A stretch of 10,805 bases of DNA. Origin: an uncultured Deferribacteres bacterium (GTDB lineage: Bacteria; Zhuqueibacterota; Zhuqueibacteria; Zhuqueibacterales; Geothermadaptataceae). Shown here piece by piece: positions 7,553 to 10,805 of this stretch (positions are counted from its first letter, which is position 1; every line of letters begins with the position of its first letter). The stretch lies in contig CAXHAT010000238.1 of assembly GCA_964014485.1 (NCBI GenBank), positions 1-10,805 on the forward strand, read 5' to 3'. The notes below the pieces were generated by a model. The model was given only the letters and a program-made list of their open reading frames with translations. It did not search any database and was not told where the DNA came from. The position numbers and the translations under genes are program-made.

Positions 7553-7650
7553 CATAGAAGAGCGTAAAAAACTACAAAGGCAGGTTTTTGAAAAACAGAG
7601 ATTTAGAAAGGATTATCCAGAAGGAGTTCGGTAAGTTTTTAGAGAAGAAT

Positions 7651-7693
7651 GAATCCGTTAAATATCGCAGAACTACGAAATATCACGGAATTC
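7651..7693. promoter_or_regulatory. Candidate enhancer (UAS) for the sigma54 activator
   Basis: AAATATCGCAGAA (7660-7672) and AAATATCACGGAA (7678-7690) repeat with 11/13 identity. 7655-7669 and 7674-7688 also form an imperfect inverted repeat. The site is about 105-140 bp upstream of the -24 box. Confidence 0.5.
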
Positions 7694-9653
7694 ACTTTTT
7701 AATCCCAAGCTTTCGCATCCGGGATCGCAGGGTGTTTGGATTGATTCCCAGGCGCAGCGCCGCCCCCTTTGGCCCCTCAATTCGCCAATTCGTTTCTTCA
7801 AGAACGGCTGTGATATGATTGCGTTCCACTTCTTCAAGCGTGCCGCCGCTCTCGACAGACAGAGGCGCAGCTTCAACGCCGCCAAAACCGTCTTCAATTC
7901 TGAGGGTTTGGTCACTGGTCAGGATAATCGCGCGCTCAACGATATTCTCCAGCTCTCGCACGTTGCCGGGAAAATGGTAGGATTCCAGCGTTTTCATCGC
8001 TTTTTGCGGCACGACGGTGATTTTCTTCCCCAATTTTGCGCCAAGCTTTTTCGCGAAGTGGTTGACAAGCAGCGAAACGTCTTCTCGGCGTTCTCGCAGC
8101 GGCGGCAGGTTTATCGGAAAAACGTTGAGGCGGTAAAAAAGGTCTTCCCGAAAATCGCCCGCCCGAACCGCGCTCGCCAAATCAATGTTCGTGGCGGCAA
8201 TCACGCGAACGTCGACCTTGATCGTCTCCACGCCGCCGAGGCGCTCAAACTCTCCTTCCTGCAAAACGCGTAAGAGTTTGGCTTGCAATTCCAGAGGCAA
8301 ATCGCCGATTTCATCCAAAAAGATGGCGCCGCGATCCGCCAGTTCAAAACGCCCTTGCTTTCGGGACAGCGCGCCGGTGAACGCTCCCTTTTCATGCCCA
8401 AAAAGCTCGCTCTCGATCAGATTGGCGGGCAAAGCAGCGCAGTTCACTTTGACAAGCGCTCGTTGCTTTCGCGGGCTAATTGTATGCAGCGCGCGTGCTA
8501 TAAGCTCTTTACCCGTGCCTGTTTCGCCCAAGATGAGAACCGTTGCGTCCGTCGAAGCCACTTGCTCGACTTTTCGTAAAACTTTCTTGAATGATTGGCT
8601 GGCGCTGATAATTTCATCGAAATTGTGTTCGAGCTTGATCTCTTCTTGCAAGTAAATATTTTCAGCCTGCAATCGATCTTTCAACTGCTCGATTTCCGAA
8701 AAAGCATTGCGCAGTTTCTTTTCAGCCTGCTTGCGTTTGGTTATATCGCGAAATGTAACGACCGCGCCGACGAGCTCGTTTTCATGATCTCGAATTGGCG
8801 TACTGGTGTATTCGACAGGCACGCACTCGCCGTCCCGCCGCCAAAACACCTCATCGTTTACCGTATGCACCTGGCCGTCTTTGAATGCCGCATAAATAGG
8901 GCACTTTTCCCGAGGATATGGTTCGCCGTCGGCGCGTGTGTGGTGTATAAGATTGTGTTGCGGCTTGCCAATTAAATCTTCCGTCTCCCATCCCAGAATC
9001 CTGGCTGCGGCCGGATTGACGAACGTTGTGCAACCGTCCTTATCCAAACCATAGATCCCTTCTCCAGCAGAATTCAGAATGAGCTCGTTTTTACGTTGGA
9101 GTTGGTTGAGCGCTTCGAAAAGCTGCGCATTTTTGATGGCAATTGCAGATTGGTGCGCGAGAATGGCGAGTCTGTCAAATTCCTTCTTTGCCAAAGTGCG
9201 CTTGCTAAACATGCCGATAACGCCCAAAAGTTCGCCGCGAAAAACAAGCGGGTGTCCGGCAAACGCCCGCAGCCCGTTTTTCCGGAGCCACTCTTTGTTG
9301 GAAATACGCTCATCGTTCAGTGCATCGTTAGTCGCGATAAGCTCGCGGGAGGAAGCAATTCGCCCGATTTTAAACGACCCTAGCGGAATGCGTCGATATT
9401 CGCCGTCGATGTCAGTGTAAATTCCAGCGCTTGCCTGAAGGTGGAGGCATTGTTCTCGGTTTTGGCAATCGGCTGCTTTGAAGCATTCAGCGCAAATATC
9501 GCCGGTGTTGAGCAGCCAAATACGCGCGAACGCCGCGTCGAGTTCGTCAACGAGACCTTGCGTAATTGCAGTCAACACCTCCTGAAGGTCAAGGCTGGAG
9601 GTCATTTTGAGAACGATACGCTCAAAACCTTCTTCTTTTGGAATGTCTTTCAT
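7692..9653 (-). CDS. Sigma54-dependent enhancer-binding protein, GAF-PAS-AAA+-Fis HTH (FhlA/NifA-like)
   Basis: [56 protein letters not shown] and a C-terminal HTH ([16 protein letters not shown]). N-terminal GAF with C-x2-C-x5-C-x5-C, then a PAS domain ([11 protein letters not shown]...VTFRDIT). Confidence 0.96.
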   Translation of the reverse strand: MKDIPKEEGFERIVLKMTSSLDLQEVLTAITQGLVDELDAAFARIWLLNTGDICAECFKAADCQNREQCLHLQASAGIYTDIDGEYRRIPLGSFKIGRIASSRELIATNDALNDERISNKEWLRKNGLRAFAGHPLVFRGELLGVIGMFSKRTLAKKEFDRLAILAHQSAIAIKNAQLFEALNQLQRKNELILNSAGEGIYGLDKDGCTTFVNPAAARILGWETEDLIGKPQHNLIHHTRADGEPYPREKCPIYAAFKDGQVHTVNDEVFWRRDGECVPVEYTSTPIRDHENELVGAVVTFRDITKRKQAEKKLRNAFSEIEQLKDRLQAENIYLQEEIKLEHNFDEIISASQSFKKVLRKVEQVASTDATVLILGETGTGKELIARALHTISPRKQRALVKVNCAALPANLIESELFGHEKGAFTGALSRKQGRFELADRGAIFLDEIGDLPLELQAKLLRVLQEGEFERLGGVETIKVDVRVIAATNIDLASAVRAGDFREDLFYRLNVFPINLPPLRERREDVSLLVNHFAKKLGAKLGKKITVVPQKAMKTLESYHFPGNVRELENIVERAIILTSDQTLRIEDGFGGVEAAPLSVESGGTLEEVERNHITAVLEETNWRIEGPKGAALRLGINPNTLRSRMRKLGIKK

Positions 9654-9710
9654 ATCACGTCAAATTTCTTTCGGTAGCTTTCCTTGATCGTAACTGATGT
9701 TACGCGCAGT

Positions 9711-9736
9711 TAAGCATTTCCGATAAGCATTTCCGA
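9711..9736. repeat. Perfect tandem 13-bp duplication
   Basis: TAAGCATTTCCGA twice (9711-9723, 9724-9736). Confidence 0.9.
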
Positions 9737-9766
9737 GACTCAACCGAAAACAGCATCTCATTACGG

Positions 9767-9890
9767 CTCGTTCCCAAACTCCGGCTTGGGGATGAAAATG
9801 GGCGCGAAACTCCGGTTTCAAACCAAAGAACTCGGTCGAAACTGGAGTTTCGAGTGCAATTGCGTTCCCAATCCCGAGATTGGGAACGAG
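9767..9890. repeat. 124-bp composite palindromic REP/BIME-like element
   Basis: Termini CTCGTTCCCAA / TTGGGAACGAG (11 bp perfect). Inner arms CGAAACTCCGGTTTC (9805-9819) / GAAACTGGAGTTTCG (9838-9852), 14/15. Each end is itself a hairpin. Confidence 0.8.
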
Positions 9891-10104
9891 AATTTTGGGC
9901 GTCTCGAAATTAGGTTGGCGGTAGGGCGCCGCCGCCGAATGACTTTGATAAAAGGTTGCTGTATTATAAAGCTGGCGCGTAACATCAGTTCACAACTTGG
10001 TCAAATTCATTCCAAGAAGTAAAGGTAAAAAGGTTCTATCTCAATTTGTACGGGTTTCAACTTTGCACAAACAAGGAATGAGCAGCTCCGCCGGTTGTTT
10101 TAGG

Positions 10105-10236
10105 AACTCATGTTGCGCACTCTTGGAAATTTCTGAAACGGCGCCAGAGAAACGTCGCTTTACGTCATTCTCGCGCAGGCGGGAATGACTTTAACAGGAG
10201 TATCTTTGGTTTCATAGCTGGCGCGTAACATCAATT
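10105..10236. mobile_element. 132-bp MITE-like element of the same terminal family as 9692-9990, with a flanking direct repeat
   Basis: AACTCATGTTGCGCAC / GCGCGTAACATCAATT (12/16). TTAGGAA occurs at both junctions (10100-10106, 10235-10241). The right end shares AGCTGGCGCGTAACATCA with 9970-9987. Confidence 0.65.
10164..10189. repeat. REP/dRS3-like palindrome, copy 2
   Basis: GTCATTCTCGCGCAGGCGGGAATGAC. It matches 5543-5576 except for one substitution and an 8-nt loop indel. Confidence 0.75.
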
Positions 10237-10345
10237 AGGAAGATGGGAAAAGGCGATAATACGATGCTTCTTTGTTCGGAACGGCATGGTGCTAAAAAAC
10301 ACTTTTATCAATGATCTCTACCTACCCAAAATCATACAGTCTTCA

Positions 10346-10753
10346 TCATTGCCCTAAATCTCGTGCGTTGGCTTCGCTGAATTTTTTGAGCTGAGCTTCA
10401 ATTGTGTCGAGCCCAATCGCCGCCCGCCGCGCATTGACGTTTTTCGGGTCTTCGAGAGATTGGGGAACGTATTTTTTCAGTCTCTCGTCAAACTCCATTT
10501 GCGTGCCGTAGATTTGTTTTTTGCCTTCCTCGAGCAGAATTCGATCTTGAATTTGTGCGAAGTCATTCCAATTCGCTTCGTTTTTTTCGCAAGCGTCTTT
10601 TATAATCGGCAGATATTCTCTGCGCGTTTTATGATTCGCGTGATTGACGACCAAAGCGGCAGCGTAGGCTGCTCTTTCGCCAACCTGGGAAACATGCGGC
10701 CAACCATGTTTGTCGACGAGTTGGGCGAGATTCTCGACATTTTCTTGTGTTAC
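10346..10753 (-). pseudogene. DUF6624-like protein, C-terminal part, 5' end apparently disrupted
   Basis: The frame reads VTQENVENLAQLVDKHGWPHVSQVGERAAYAAALVVNHA...YLP...FAQIQDRI...GKKQIYGTQ...VNARRAAIGL. An in-frame TAG sits at 10754-10756, and there is no start codon before the family-like GWP..VG segment. Confidence 0.65.
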
Positions 10754-10805
10754 CTAAATTTCTAAAATAAAAAGAGAAGAAAAGTGCGGCAAGTTGTTTA
10801 TAATT

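Larger units (their letters stand above)
9692..9990. mobile_element. 299-bp MITE-like element with perfect 16-bp terminal inverted repeats
   Basis: AACTGATGTTACGCGC (9692-9707) / GCGCGTAACATCAGTT (9975-9990). Related ends recur at 10105-10120 and 10221-10236. Confidence 0.7.

Noticed and set aside
7593..7605. IHF-like site AAACAGAGATTTA between the UAS and the sigma54 promoter
   Set aside because: The position is plausible, but it has two mismatches to WATCAANNNNTTR in an AT-rich region, so it is too weak to call.
9786..10188. Short + strand ORFs 9786-10022 and 9997-10188
   Set aside because: They are translations of palindromic or MITE-like sequence with no protein-like features.
9692..10236. 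CRISPR array or attC cassette array interpretation of the repeated GCGCGTAACATCA motif
   Set aside because: The copies alternate in orientation and are irregularly spaced. There are no cas or integrase genes and no cassette ORFs between them.
10784..10805. GTGCG as a group II intron 5' end
   Set aside because: It is only a 5-nt match at the window edge, about 30 nt from the apparent junction, with no supporting structure visible.

Overview
Bacterial accessory region (about 50% GC). On the + strand it carries the 3' part of a prolyl-oligopeptidase-family (S9A) gene with non-canonical active-site motifs. Next is an AAA_14/DUF4143-type ATPase-HTH-PD-(D/E)xK gene whose sigma70-like, apparently leaderless promoter is covered by a perfect 11-bp inverted repeat. 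Most of the window is a - strand module. A GAF-PAS-AAA+-HTH sigma54 activator with a four-cysteine insertion in its GAF domain lies directly upstream of a -24/-12 promoter. That promoter is followed by six co-oriented genes: a signal-peptide cysteine hydrolase, an NmrA-like protein, two alpha/beta hydrolases, a PNPOx-like FMN-binding protein and a thioredoxin-fold protein with WSGSS instead of WCGPC. The intergenic regions hold several small non-coding elements, including three with terminal inverted repeats that each enclose a different REP-like palindrome. A DUF6624-like gene at the right end appears 5'-disrupted. All family assignments come from motif recognition by eye, not database searches.
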